Origin: a virus
Lineage: Duplodnaviria; Caudoviricetes
Virus record (IMG/VR): IMGVR_UViG_3300025316_001101
DNA length: 64,000 nucleotides
Direction: 5' to 3' (one strand)
In this document: in pieces, positions 1-9,033 of the stretch
Position numbering within the stretch: the first letter of the stretch is position 1
Layout: each line of letters starts with the position of its first letter
The notes under the pieces: model-generated
Told to the model about the DNA's origin: nothing
Seen by the model: only the letters and a program-made list of their open reading frames with translations
The model's database searches: none
Translations under genes and position numbers: made by a program

Positions 1-614
1 CTCTCCATAGCCTCTTTTCGCAGTCTAACTTTATCCGTTCGAATTGACTGCAACTGTTCCTCCGTATGTTTCTTTTGTACTGCGGATCTTGTGTTAATAA
101 ATTCCTGCTTGTCTTTTGGCAATGTTTTGATATATTCTTTACGCATAAACAGACCTTCGTCAACCTGCACAAACTTATCCTCTAAAAATTTATCAAAAAA
201 TCGCTTGTATATTAAAGCCATTGAATGTTCGTATGGAGAAAAATAGATTGCATTTGGATCTACTTTATTAAAAAACAACTTGATGCCATAAAGCATCTTG
301 CCGTACACATCAGTTGCATTTGCATTATGCGTCAAACTCCATCCCTGGGGACCATACAGCGATATGTCCCAAGAATTTACTGTAAGCTCGCCACTTCTTG
401 TGTTGGTTTCTGGATCTCGCTGAACTATTGTGTGATCTAAATCAGACATAGCCAAACTGTATTCATTTGAGTGCCCGTCATTGTCAGTGGAAAAAAATTT
501 ACACCTAAAACTTCCGGCCCCACCAACTAACTTGACATCTGGATAATTCTTGGCCGTTAACTCTAAAATCTCATTAAACTGCCTCTTTTCTATCCATTCT
601 TGAAAGCACTTCAT
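1..614 (-). CDS. hypothetical protein with capsid-targeting-sequence (CTS)-like N-terminus, partial (runs off window start); not in ORF track
   Basis: Manual translation from ATG at 614 (ATGA overlap with upstream stop): MKCFQEWIEKRQFNEILELTAKNYPDVKLVGGAGSFRCKFF..., open to base 1. Confidence 0.75.
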   Translation of the reverse strand, partial: MKCFQEWIEKRQFNEILELTAKNYPDVKLVGGAGSFRCKFFSTDNDGHSNEYSLAMSDLDHTIVQRDPETNTRSGELTVNSWDISLYGPQGWSLTHNANATDVYGKMLYGIKLFFNKVDPNAIYFSPYEHSMALIYKRFFDKFLEDKFVQVDEGLFMRKEYIKTLPKDKQEFINTRSAVQKKHTEEQLQSIRTDKVRLRKEAME

Positions 615-898
615 TTAACCTCTCCCCTACAAACCGTAACGGCTGCAACATAAGCTGGTCTATTTTTACACATTGGATACTTGGGACAATCTGGGTACAC
701 TAACGCCATCGACTTTCCTGTTAATATCCCTTTCCGCTTACAAGGCATACCCGTAAATGTCGTCTTCTTTTTGGGTATGGGTAATGGAACAAACGGTGGT
801 GGAGTAGGCTCTCCACCTATATCCACAGGCATATCGCCCCACTCAGCAATGTCCGTTCCATCTACCCATTCGTTTAATGCTATATTTGTCCAAGCCAT
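611..898 (-). CDS. hypothetical protein, Pro-rich with Cys-containing C-terminus
   Basis: ORF track 611..925; likely start ATG 898 (MAWTNIALNEW), since 924-953 is a terminator hairpin. Confidence 0.55.
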   Translation of the reverse strand: MAWTNIALNEWVDGTDIAEWGDMPVDIGGEPTPPPFVPLPIPKKKTTFTGMPCKRKGILTGKSMALVYPDCPKYPMCKNRPAYVAAVTVCRGEVK

Positions 899-923
899 GA
901 AGTTATATACTAATCCATCAAAC

Positions 924-953
924 AAAAACGCCCGGCCGAAGCCGGGCGTTTTT
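924..953. terminator. intrinsic terminator hairpin, CGCCCGGC family
   Basis: AAAAACGCCCGGC-cgaa-GCCGGGCGTTTTT perfect inverted repeat with A/T tails, immediately downstream of the 961..1680 stop. Confidence 0.8.
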
Positions 954-960
954 TACCCTC

Positions 961-1680
961 TTAGAGAAGATAATCCTCTAACTTCTCACCCTCATTCCCT
1001 TTCCACGTGCTTGGATCATCCGTTTGTTCTCCTGATCTCAGCATAATACACCCGCAATTTTTGAATGCATCTACTGAAATATAGGCCAAAAGCTTAGCAT
1101 ATGGTTTGCCATCCGATCCTTCGTCTATTTTCAACCATATTTGTACTCCCTCCTTCTTGAAGGCCACAAAAGATTTGCTTCTTTCGTTGTTGTAGGCGGG
1201 AGTTACCCACTCATTGAATATTTCTTGATCTTCCTTGTCCACCACTGTACATTTGCTTCCATTCTTAGTTTCTATGACCTTGGTAGCTACACCCCAATCT
1301 TCTAGGGCCTTCTTGTATTGTTTAATAACATCCTTGGTTCTAGGAAGAAGCAATCTATCCTGGCTTACCGGCATGCAAATAGTATATTTTGATTTTCCAT
1401 GTGCATCCCGACCTTCAACAATCTTATATGGCGGTACAACCGTACCCACCTTTTCCGAGATAAACTTAACTCCCTCAAAAATAACATCACTACCATACTT
1501 GCTATATCTTACCTTGCATTGAAACACACCAAAGTCAATTCCATCATGAATATCTCCTGGTGTCCCACATAGATCGGGCAAATCCTCCCCAAATCTATTC
1601 ATTAAATAACGTCTAATAAAATCTGCTTGTTTGTTACCAGCGGACAACCTCTGTTGAAACGATTTGCATTTTAGATCCAT
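961..1680 (-). CDS. hypothetical protein, possible PD-(D/E)xK nuclease fold
   Basis: 239 aa ORF; DIHDGIDFGVFQCKVR resembles a D...QxK nuclease motif; weak. Confidence 0.45.
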   Translation of the reverse strand: MDLKCKSFQQRLSAGNKQADFIRRYLMNRFGEDLPDLCGTPGDIHDGIDFGVFQCKVRYSKYGSDVIFEGVKFISEKVGTVVPPYKIVEGRDAHGKSKYTICMPVSQDRLLLPRTKDVIKQYKKALEDWGVATKVIETKNGSKCTVVDKEDQEIFNEWVTPAYNNERSKSFVAFKKEGVQIWLKIDEGSDGKPYAKLLAYISVDAFKNCGCIMLRSGEQTDDPSTWKGNEGEKLEDYLL

Positions 1681-1715
1681 AAATTTTCCAAATAAATTGT
1701 GAACGACGATACTAT

Positions 1716-1744
1716 ATAATAGCAGGCAATGAAAGGAAGTGCAA
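1716..1744 (-). promoter_or_regulatory. sigma70-type promoter for 961..1680
   Basis: TTGCAC-N17-TATTAT on minus strand. Confidence 0.5.
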
Positions 1745-1766
1745 GATGATTACAATTAAAGGTGAA

Positions 1767-2999
1767 TTACCCCGCCCCTAAAGAGGGCGGGGCTTCCGTT
1801 CCAACTAACAGCCCATCTTTGACGGGTCTTATGTCAGGACAAACGGCTAATCCTCGATTCCAGCGAGGAGTTATACCTTCATTGTGAATATTGGTGGCAG
1901 CATTTTCATCCCTATCGTGATTAGTCCAACAATTCCAACAAGTCCATTCTCTATCTTCAAGAGTCAAGTCCTTGTTTTGCCAACCACATACAGAGCATAA
2001 TTGCGAAGATGGAAACCATTTATCCACCTGTCGCAACTCACGACCATACCATTCACATTTGTATTTTAGTTTTTGAATGAACGAAGAAAATGAGGCATCA
2101 TTTTGTTTCCTATGATACGCTCGTTCTCTCCATCGTTCAATTTTCCTAATTTCAGGATCAGCGTTCTTGAGCATATCCTTGACCGACAATGTTTCTAAAA
2201 CAATGACTTGGTTTTCGTTCACTATTTTAGTGCTAACTTTGTGCTGGAAGTCCTCACGAATGTTCCTGATGCGTTGCTCTAACTGGTTTAGTTTGAGATA
2301 CGCTTCTGTCCTACCTTTGCTTTCTTTTTCAGTTCTATTCTTTGCTTTCTTCAAAAACTTCAACCGATTGGAATATTTGGTTCTCGGCAATGGGTTTTTG
2401 TATTTTGTTCCATCGCTACCAACAATAGCACTAACATTTAAGTCAATACCGATGGTTTTATTTGTTGGTTTTAGTTTAGGAATGTCTCGGCTAGTCGTAA
2501 TGCTGATGAAATATTGTCCCGCTTTGTTCTTACTTACCGTAGCAAACTCAATCTCGCCTTCTAATGGTCGGTGAAGCAGAATACGGATGCCTTCCTTGAA
2601 CTTTGGAAAACTTACTTTGTTGCCTTCCACTTTGATGTTTTGTTGGACACGGAATGATTGTTTGCCGTGTTTCTTCTTGAAACGAGGAAATCCCTTTTTG
2701 CCTTTCTTTTGTTTTTTGATGTTGTTGAAGAAATTATCGTATGCGTTTTGTAAGCATCGGGCAGAGTATTGTAATGGTTGGCTTGATGGTTCTTTGAGCC
2801 AAGGTAGTTCTTTCTTCATTTCGGGAAGCGAAGTGGCATTGTCATAATAGTTGAGCGTCTTACCTTCACTTTGATAGGCGGTCATACGTCCAGCAAGCCA
2901 ATGATTATACAGAAACCTTACACAACCGAAATGCTTATTTAGTAGCACTTCCTGTTCAGATGTTGGTTCTAATCTGTATTTGTAAGAAACTAAACTCAC
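1767..2999 (-). CDS. tnpB: RNA-guided endonuclease TnpB (IS605 OrfB type)
   Basis: N-terminal YKYRLEPTSEQ...FGCVRFLYN; RuvC-I IGIDLN, RuvC-II VIVLETL, Zn ribbon CSVCG...WTCWNC, RuvC-III HDRDENAA. Confidence 0.93.
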   Translation of the reverse strand: MSLVSYKYRLEPTSEQEVLLNKHFGCVRFLYNHWLAGRMTAYQSEGKTLNYYDNATSLPEMKKELPWLKEPSSQPLQYSARCLQNAYDNFFNNIKKQKKGKKGFPRFKKKHGKQSFRVQQNIKVEGNKVSFPKFKEGIRILLHRPLEGEIEFATVSKNKAGQYFISITTSRDIPKLKPTNKTIGIDLNVSAIVGSDGTKYKNPLPRTKYSNRLKFLKKAKNRTEKESKGRTEAYLKLNQLEQRIRNIREDFQHKVSTKIVNENQVIVLETLSVKDMLKNADPEIRKIERWRERAYHRKQNDASFSSFIQKLKYKCEWYGRELRQVDKWFPSSQLCSVCGWQNKDLTLEDREWTCWNCWTNHDRDENAATNIHNEGITPRWNRGLAVCPDIRPVKDGLLVGTEAPPSLGAG

Positions 3000-3160
3000 T
3001 TGTCTCCTGATTGTTTGATATAATCACGAATGAAATCACGCAATGCTTCCGACATTGTTTTGTAGTTCTTGACGCACGCCAACTGAAACTTGTGCATCAG
3101 TGTAGGTTGTATCAAGATGGTTAGGTGCTTCGTGGCTTTTTCTTTGTCTATGTTTTCCAT
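2996..3160 (-). CDS. ribbon-helix-helix (CopG/ParG-like) protein, 54 aa; not in ORF track
   Basis: Manual translation MENIDKEKATKHLTILIQPTLMHKFQLACVKNYKTMSEALRDFIRDYIKQSGDK; stop overlaps tnpB GTG (GTGA). Confidence 0.75.
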   Translation of the reverse strand: MENIDKEKATKHLTILIQPTLMHKFQLACVKNYKTMSEALRDFIRDYIKQSGDK

Positions 3161-3452
3161 ACCAATATACATAGTGTTCTTGGTATCAATTTTTGAAAGA
3201 AATCCGACAATTTTTCCAAAATAATTTTTCCAAGCCGTTTCAACTGATTTTCAGCCCATTTTGATGGGAGGACATTGACCAAACTAAATCAGCGTCAATC
3301 AGTGGTGATTTTGACTAATTTCCATTATGACGCCTTACATCCCGCTACCCTAAAGAGGTTTGCCCTGTTCATTCGGTCGTTCGCCTACGGCTCACTTTCT
3401 CACTCACAGAGCAAACAATCCTTTGGATTGTAGGGGTTTTACGGCGTCCGAG

Positions 3453-4166
3453 ATAAAACTACAACGAGCATTTTGTAAATATGGTGAGTCAGCATTTATG
3501 TTTGAAATAATAGAGCACACATCCGAAAACACATTGTTGGAAAGAGAACAATATTATTTGGACACTTACTGCGATCTTTATAATATTGGCAAACAAGCTA
3601 CGGGTGGAGACAATCTAACATCTCACCCCAACAGAGAAGACATAATCCGCAAAATGAGCGAAGGCTCTAAAAAAGCCAAATCCGAATGGACTGAAGAAAA
3701 ATGGATTAAATACAAGATGAACATTACTGGCAGCAAAAACCCAAATTATGGCAATCGCTGGGACTCCAGCCAACGTGCCAAAATGAGTGCCCGCCGAAAA
3801 GGAAGCAAGACAGACATTGAAACCAAAAATAAAATAAGTGCCGCTTCAAAAAAGATGTGGCAGAATGATGAATACAGACACAAAGAGGCAGAGAGAAGAA
3901 AAGGCAGTGGAAATTCATTCTACGGAAAACACCACACCATAACCTCAAAAGAAAAAATAAGCAGCGTCCAAAAAGATAGATTTTCCAAAATGACGCCAGC
4001 AGAAAAGAAAAAAGCAATTCCTAACATTAAAAAAATAAGCATCGACGGCGTTGTTTTCAACAGTGCCGTCGATGCTGCCAAATCACTTAACATATTAAGA
4101 TCTACGATCTGGTATAGGTTACACTCAAAGAACCCAAAATTTGCCCACTATCAATATATCGACTAA
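3453..4166 (+). pseudogene. 5'-truncated GIY-YIG homing endonuclease with NUMOD3 repeats
   Basis: IKLQRAFCKYGESAFMFEIIE...LLEREQYYLD...YNI is the C-terminal half of a GIY-YIG domain; SKNPNYGNRW and GNSFYGKHHT are NUMOD3-like; GIY/YIG motifs are absent and the track's 3360 start lies inside the IS left end. Confidence 0.75.
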
Positions 4167-5008
4167 ACAGCAATATCTGCCTTAATCGATGGATGGCACT
4201 GATAATTTTCCAGCACCGTATCCTCATACGTCCAGTCAAATATACTGGTAAAATTATCAGTTCTCACAGTCGGTAGCGGATACGGCTCTCTTTGAATCTG
4301 TGTCTTTGCGGCATCTATGTGATTTTCATATAGATGCCAATTACTTAGATAGCCAGTCAAAATTCCCTCTTTGTACCCAGTCTCTTTACACAACAAGTGC
4401 AAATACAAAGCATACGAACAAATATTATATGGGAATCCCAAAAAACTGTCTATAGACCGCATGAAGAAACACAAATTCAATTTATCTCCAAGCACAAATA
4501 CATGATGGAGGATATGACACGGAGGGAGGGCCATCTCTCCTGTTTGGCATGGATTCCAAGCCGATACCACCAATTGTCGATTACTCGGATTGGTTTTCAG
4601 TTGATCCACCACAAATTTTAACTGATCAACCCCTTGTGAGTTAAAATTCCTCCACTGATACCCATATACAAAACCTAAATCGGGTTCTTCTAGTTGAAAT
4701 TTCTTCTTCTCTTCGCCAGATAACCCGGCAGGTATCTTCGATGGGTTGCACCATTCATTCCATATGTTACACCCTCGCTCTTGCAACCATCGCTTGTCAG
4801 TCAAACCTTTGATAAAAAACTCCAGTTCTACCTTTATGGACTTCCAAGCCATCTTCTTAGTTGTCAACAGAGGAAATCCTTCAGACATATCGTGTCTAAT
4901 CATAGCGTGTGGGTAAGTATAAGCACTCACACCGGTTCGGTTGGGCACCAACTGCCCATGATCCAAAATCAATTTCAAACCATCAAGATATTGTTTCATT
5001 CTATTCAC
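4163..5008 (-). CDS. thyA: thymidylate synthase
   Basis: FPLLTTKK, YGYQWR, catalytic LPPCH, RSIDSFLGFPYN, HLYENH. Confidence 0.97.
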   Translation of the reverse strand: MNRMKQYLDGLKLILDHGQLVPNRTGVSAYTYPHAMIRHDMSEGFPLLTTKKMAWKSIKVELEFFIKGLTDKRWLQERGCNIWNEWCNPSKIPAGLSGEEKKKFQLEEPDLGFVYGYQWRNFNSQGVDQLKFVVDQLKTNPSNRQLVVSAWNPCQTGEMALPPCHILHHVFVLGDKLNLCFFMRSIDSFLGFPYNICSYALYLHLLCKETGYKEGILTGYLSNWHLYENHIDAAKTQIQREPYPLPTVRTDNFTSIFDWTYEDTVLENYQCHPSIKADIAV

Positions 5009-5014
5009 CTTTCA

Positions 5015-5236
5015 TTACTTTCGATATGCTCGTTGAGCACTCATTATTTGTCTACCCTGCTCTTCGGCAGAAAACGGATGTTTGTAATCACGATTGCGGT
5101 TTCTATCCAAAGAAAGTCTTTCAATATTTCTTTGACGATCTGCTTCTCGCTGTTCGTCAGAAACAACCTTTTTTGGTTTACGTTCTACCGTCTTGCTAAC
5201 CTTGTGTTTAGCCAGAGATTTTGCTGATTTCGTCAT
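5015..5236 (-). CDS. small basic hypothetical protein
   Basis: 73 aa ORF tiling the minus-strand operon with abutting start/stop. Confidence 0.55.
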   Translation of the reverse strand: MTKSAKSLAKHKVSKTVERKPKKVVSDEQREADRQRNIERLSLDRNRNRDYKHPFSAEEQGRQIMSAQRAYRK

Positions 5237-5454
5237 TATTTTCCTTTCATATGAGGGACATCGAATCTACGCTTGAATATCTTTTTACATGTGTCACATT
5301 GATATGACATCTGATCGTAATAACCATCTTTGCCTTGGCAAAGCTCTTGCATTTGAAAACTTAATTTACCACCACACGTGCATTCTGTCAAGGCGTGTGA
5401 ATGAACCATACATACATGCTCTAATATTTTTTGAAAATTTACATTATCATCCAT
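5236..5454 (-). CDS. small Zn-ribbon-like protein
   Basis: CTCGG...YQCDTCKK; operon tiling. Confidence 0.55.
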   Translation of the reverse strand: MDDNVNFQKILEHVCMVHSHALTECTCGGKLSFQMQELCQGKDGYYDQMSYQCDTCKKIFKRRFDVPHMKGK

Positions 5455-5704
5455 TCTGTTGTTTACTCTTTTCGAATGTTCCAGGAAACGGATAAGGCAT
5501 TACTGCAATAATGTGCGCCAAATCGCAACCCATTTCTTGACAATTATGTTTATGCTCTTCTCCAGTTCTTGTAATAGGCGGAGTTCCCAATATTACAATC
5601 TCACGACCATTGGTATAAGCTTCGATGGGATGCCAACCATCAGGCGGATTGCGTTCCATATTAAACTCTCCATCACTCTTCTTGTTGAGCACATTGTTCG
5701 GCAA
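5447..5704 (-). CDS. hypothetical protein
   Basis: 85 aa ORF, operon tiling; true start uncertain. Confidence 0.4.
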   Translation of the reverse strand: MPNNVLNKKSDGEFNMERNPPDGWHPIEAYTNGREIVILGTPPITRTGEEHKHNCQEMGCDLAHIIAVMPYPFPGTFEKSKQQNG

Positions 5705-5900
5705 GCATAGGCATTAACTTCTTGAGAGCTTGCGTTTCATCTGAGTTGAAAGTGAAACAAGATTCATGTCCATCTAAATACACCCTATAGTGCTCATATT
5801 TGCGGCTATAATCTGGCGGGGACAATTCCGCTAAAATTATACGATTAATATCCAAGGTCAAATTTTCCGTCAACTGCACATAATGTGGATTGTAATGCAT
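5673..5900 (-). CDS. hypothetical protein
   Basis: 75 aa ORF, operon tiling. Confidence 0.45.
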   Translation of the reverse strand: MHYNPHYVQLTENLTLDINRIILAELSPPDYSRKYEHYRVYLDGHESCFTFNSDETQALKKLMPMLAEQCAQQEE

Positions 5901-6789
5901 TTTGATTTTCCCCTATGGTATTATACTTGAGATAGTAATCTAACAAAAATTGACCACAACTAGCTCCTACGTCTAATCCCGGTGGTACGTAATATTCACA
6001 ATCAATTGCTTCGTCCCATAAAATATCCATAAATCTTTGGACACGACTATTTTCAGTGGTGTGATGATTGATGGTCTTGCGTTCATTATATTGCAGCAAC
6101 TTCACTGGGATACCCCTGCCCTGCAATGCATCTACAAGTGCATAAGCATTATCGTCACTGTCATTCACACCATCAATCATCGCATAATGTGCTTCAACCG
6201 AATTGCCGGTCAAGTTAGCGTAGAACTCCAATGCAGCAATGGCCGTGCGATATGGCAACGCCGCTGGCATCCATTCTTTACGAATGTCATCATCCGTAAA
6301 GTGCAAAGACAAATGCATCTTGAGATCGAACTTATGCGTTTGTACCATTTTGATTAAATGGAAAAAATTTGTCCAAGTGTGACTTGGAAGAAGCGTGGCA
6401 ATGGCAAATCTAATTAGAGAATACTCCTCCCTGAGCTTATGCATACTCCCAAGCACATGCCAAGTGTTGCACATGGGTTCACCACAGCCCATGTAAGATA
6501 TGAGAAGCATCCGTTTATTCTGCCCTAATTCGAGCAGCGCATGTGATGCCGAAACCACATCTATCATTTCTGTGGCTTCTAAATTTCTAGCCCGGATCTT
6601 GCCAATCGCATCTGTGGTATGACAAAATTCACAACCCAATGGGCACGCAGTCTGGCACGACACGCAAATTATATCTTTGCCGTCGTCCTTATTGATGTAG
6701 GCTGCCTCGGTAATGAGGCCATCCTTGAGTTGAAAAATGAATTTTACTGTCTTATCTACTTTTGAACTGATTTTATCAATCAGACGCAT
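5845..6789 (-). CDS. rlmN: RlmN/Cfr-family radical SAM RNA methyltransferase
   Basis: ICVSCQTACPLGCEFCHT (C118-equivalent plus CxxxCxxC), MGCGEP (cf. MGMGEP), LSLH, DVGASCGQF (C355-equivalent). Confidence 0.85.
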   Translation of the reverse strand: MRLIDKISSKVDKTVKFIFQLKDGLITEAAYINKDDGKDIICVSCQTACPLGCEFCHTTDAIGKIRARNLEATEMIDVVSASHALLELGQNKRMLLISYMGCGEPMCNTWHVLGSMHKLREEYSLIRFAIATLLPSHTWTNFFHLIKMVQTHKFDLKMHLSLHFTDDDIRKEWMPAALPYRTAIAALEFYANLTGNSVEAHYAMIDGVNDSDDNAYALVDALQGRGIPVKLLQYNERKTINHHTTENSRVQRFMDILWDEAIDCEYYVPPGLDVGASCGQFLLDYYLKYNTIGENQNALQSTLCAVDGKFDLGY

Positions 6790-6995
6790 TAACCCATTCC
6801 TTCAACTTTCGCAACTTTCCCGTTTTCAACACGCACATTCACACGATCCGTATCGTATTCACACGTGCCCACGAAAGCTTGCTGGTCCTGTTTAGTGATT
6901 CGGAGTCTGACCCCAACCTCTTCACAAAGCGTTCTTGCTTCTTTAACGGGCATTCCAATTAGCTTATTAATGTTTATCATATAACCTCTTTTCAT
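6789..6995 (-). CDS. potato-inhibitor-I / I78-like serine protease inhibitor
   Basis: KLIGMPVKEA...VGTCEYDTDRVNVRVENGKV..V..G aligns by eye with CI-2 VTMEYRIDRVRL. Confidence 0.65.
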   Translation of the reverse strand: MKRGYMININKLIGMPVKEARTLCEEVGVRLRITKQDQQAFVGTCEYDTDRVNVRVENGKVAKVEGMG

Positions 6996-7014
6996 GATCT
7001 AGCGTTATATATGC

Positions 7015-7269
7015 CTAAATTTGGAAATCAGCCGGGGATGTTTTAACCTGTTTGAGCAACTTAATAAGCTCCGTCATAGCCTTGGCTATTGTCTTAGCCT
7101 TCTCTTGATTTCTAGCCCCATAGACTTTAATGTCATAACCAGAAAGAGCTTGATCATCTATTTCTGTGCGGCAATAACTAGGAATGACTGTAAATTCAAC
7201 ACCTACGTTCTGCACCGTCTGTAAAAGATCTATGGGAATGGTCACATCCAAATTTTCCATTAAAATCAT
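7015..7269 (-). CDS. hypothetical protein
   Basis: 84 aa ORF, operon tiling. Confidence 0.5.
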   Translation of the reverse strand: MILMENLDVTIPIDLLQTVQNVGVEFTVIPSYCRTEIDDQALSGYDIKVYGARNQEKAKTIAKAMTELIKLLKQVKTSPADFQI

Positions 7270-7715
7270 ATCTCACCTTTTGCAAACTTCTCAAGATAGT
7301 CCAACCCCTCTTGATAGGTGGGGAAGATTACGTCAGCCATGTCTAAAATAAAAGCATGTTGATGAATGTTGCCCTCTTCCATGATAACAATCGTGTGTTT
7401 GCCCATATGATGTGCCCAAGCCATCTCAGCAACACTGCCTATGGATACCAATTTAGCACCCACAAGATACACAAACAGAATGTCGCAGGATTGAGTCATC
7501 CAGCGATCACGCTCTACAATAGCGTGATTTGTAGAAAGAGGGTTGTTATACCCATGTGCCTTAAACTCAATCTCATTACGAAGATAGCCCTTCCCACACA
7601 TGGGGAATAAGACTTCATAGCCCATTCCCTTGAGAATGTCCACGGTCTCCCTGTAATAGGTCGTTACTTCATCAAAACTACATCCAGAAATAGGTCGAGC
7701 GCAATATACTCGCAT
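7266..7715 (-). CDS. nucleoside 2-deoxyribosyltransferase / DNPH1(Rcl)-like nucleotide hydrolase
   Basis: MRVYCARPISG...VERDRWMTQSCDILFV...SIGSVAEMAWAHHMGKHTIV; likely start ATG 7715. Confidence 0.75.
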   Translation of the reverse strand: MRVYCARPISGCSFDEVTTYYRETVDILKGMGYEVLFPMCGKGYLRNEIEFKAHGYNNPLSTNHAIVERDRWMTQSCDILFVYLVGAKLVSIGSVAEMAWAHHMGKHTIVIMEEGNIHQHAFILDMADVIFPTYQEGLDYLEKFAKGEI

Positions 7716-7761
7716 GATTGGTTCCTTATCGAGAAAACGTACATAGAACTTCAATTCCACC

Positions 7762-7790
7762 AGCATAGCGAAATTGTAAAATAATGTCAA
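7762..7790 (-). promoter_or_regulatory. sigma70-type promoter heading the NDT-rlmN-thyA operon
   Basis: TTGACA-N17-TATGCT. Confidence 0.6.
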
Positions 7791-7797
7791 TAGAAAC

Positions 7798-7827
7798 GAA
7801 AACGCCCGGCCGTCGCCGGGCGTTTTC
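7798..7827. terminator. hairpin, CGCCCGGC family
   Basis: GAAAACGCCCGGC-cgtc-GCCGGGCGTTTTC. Confidence 0.7.
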
Positions 7828-8085
7828 CTCATTTATTCAGCCAATCCTAGCTGCACATATTTGGTAAATTCATCAGTGTGCCATGATCGATTGTTTACGT
7901 CGTCTTTTCATTTTCGACATTAAATCATTTTTTCTATAAAATCATAAATATCGACCGCCCACTCATTGGCTCTACCGTACCACCGACTATTACGTCGAGT
8001 GAACCTTACATAAAAAATTATTTTGACCATCTATCGGTCACTTACATCTTATCACGTCTATATAGAAGTGACAAGGGGTAAAATT

Positions 8086-9027
8086 ATGAATATATTGTTC
8101 ATCAGTCCTACTGGATTTTCTTCTCCAGGATTGTTCGAATGGATGCATTTTGAAGCATTTGGACATCACGTTGTCACAGATCCTAATCATGCAGACGTAG
8201 TGTTTTTTGATAGCCACAGTGGATTTGCGCCATATGATTGGAATATTCTCAATGTTGTGCTAACAAGAAAGATTCCCGTAGTCTACTTTGATGCCTTCGA
8301 TTATTGGGGCTGCAAAGACATGCAATCTTCATGGATTGGTTTCAATAACTGGAAGTCACTAGCGGAAAAAATAGCACAACATCAAGAATGGGCTGTATTC
8401 CTTGGTCGCACATTAAATGCCGGTACTTTGAAATTGTACTTCATGCGTAAAATGCAAGCCAGCCAACAATATCCTGATTTTGTGCATCCTCTCGAATATT
8501 GTCAATTTCAAGACCACATGTTTCAACCTATTACAAAAGAGCAGCTATTCTCTAGATCCAATGATATTTGTTTCATAGGAGCATCTAGTCCTTGGCGTGC
8601 CAATCTTGTATGCAGTTTACTCCAAGACAAAAGATTAAAAGTAGACTGTTTTTGGCCATTCGTAAGAATCTCGCATGATGAATGGCTCAATCGCCATCGC
8701 CAAGCCAAAATGTTTATCGAAGCAGATGGTGGAGGATTTGGTAGTGAACGACCATACCAACTCATCACTATCGCTCCCATGTTGCGACAACGCAATGACG
8801 AAAAGATGGCCTACCCCTGGACTGGAAATGTTAATTGTGTTGAAGTAGGTGACGTTTGGGGAGAAGTCACTACATCGGAAATTGAAAACATCATATCGAT
8901 TATCAGTGATTCAGATCGCCTTTACGAAATTTACATGAATGGCATCCAACACATGAATGCTAATTATTCAAAAACAGCCCGCACCACGTACATCTTAAAT
9001 ACAATGAAAGCCAATACGATATTGTAG
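8086..9027 (+). CDS. putative GT-B glycosyltransferase (exostosin/CgeB-like), paralog of 12037..13005
   Basis: MNILFISP..ADVVFFD; DICFIGASSPWRANL; ISHDEWLNRHRQAKMFI..DGGG; YPWTGNVNCV mirrors YPFEHGVNCI of the paralog. Confidence 0.6.
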   Translation: MNILFISPTGFSSPGLFEWMHFEAFGHHVVTDPNHADVVFFDSHSGFAPYDWNILNVVLTRKIPVVYFDAFDYWGCKDMQSSWIGFNNWKSLAEKIAQHQEWAVFLGRTLNAGTLKLYFMRKMQASQQYPDFVHPLEYCQFQDHMFQPITKEQLFSRSNDICFIGASSPWRANLVCSLLQDKRLKVDCFWPFVRISHDEWLNRHRQAKMFIEADGGGFGSERPYQLITIAPMLRQRNDEKMAYPWTGNVNCVEVGDVWGEVTTSEIENIISIISDSDRLYEIYMNGIQHMNANYSKTARTTYILNTMKANTIL

Positions 9028-9033
9028 AATCAT

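Larger units (their letters stand above)
1762..3452 (-). mobile_element. non-autonomous IS200/IS605-family element 1 (RHH + TnpB, no TnpA)
   Basis: Right end GAAGCCCCGCCCTCTTTAGGGGCGGGGTAATTCAC; left end CTCGGACGCCGTAAAACCCCTAC...CTCTTTAGGGTAGCGGGATGTAAGG preceded by TTTAT; both ends homologous to element 2. Confidence 0.8.
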
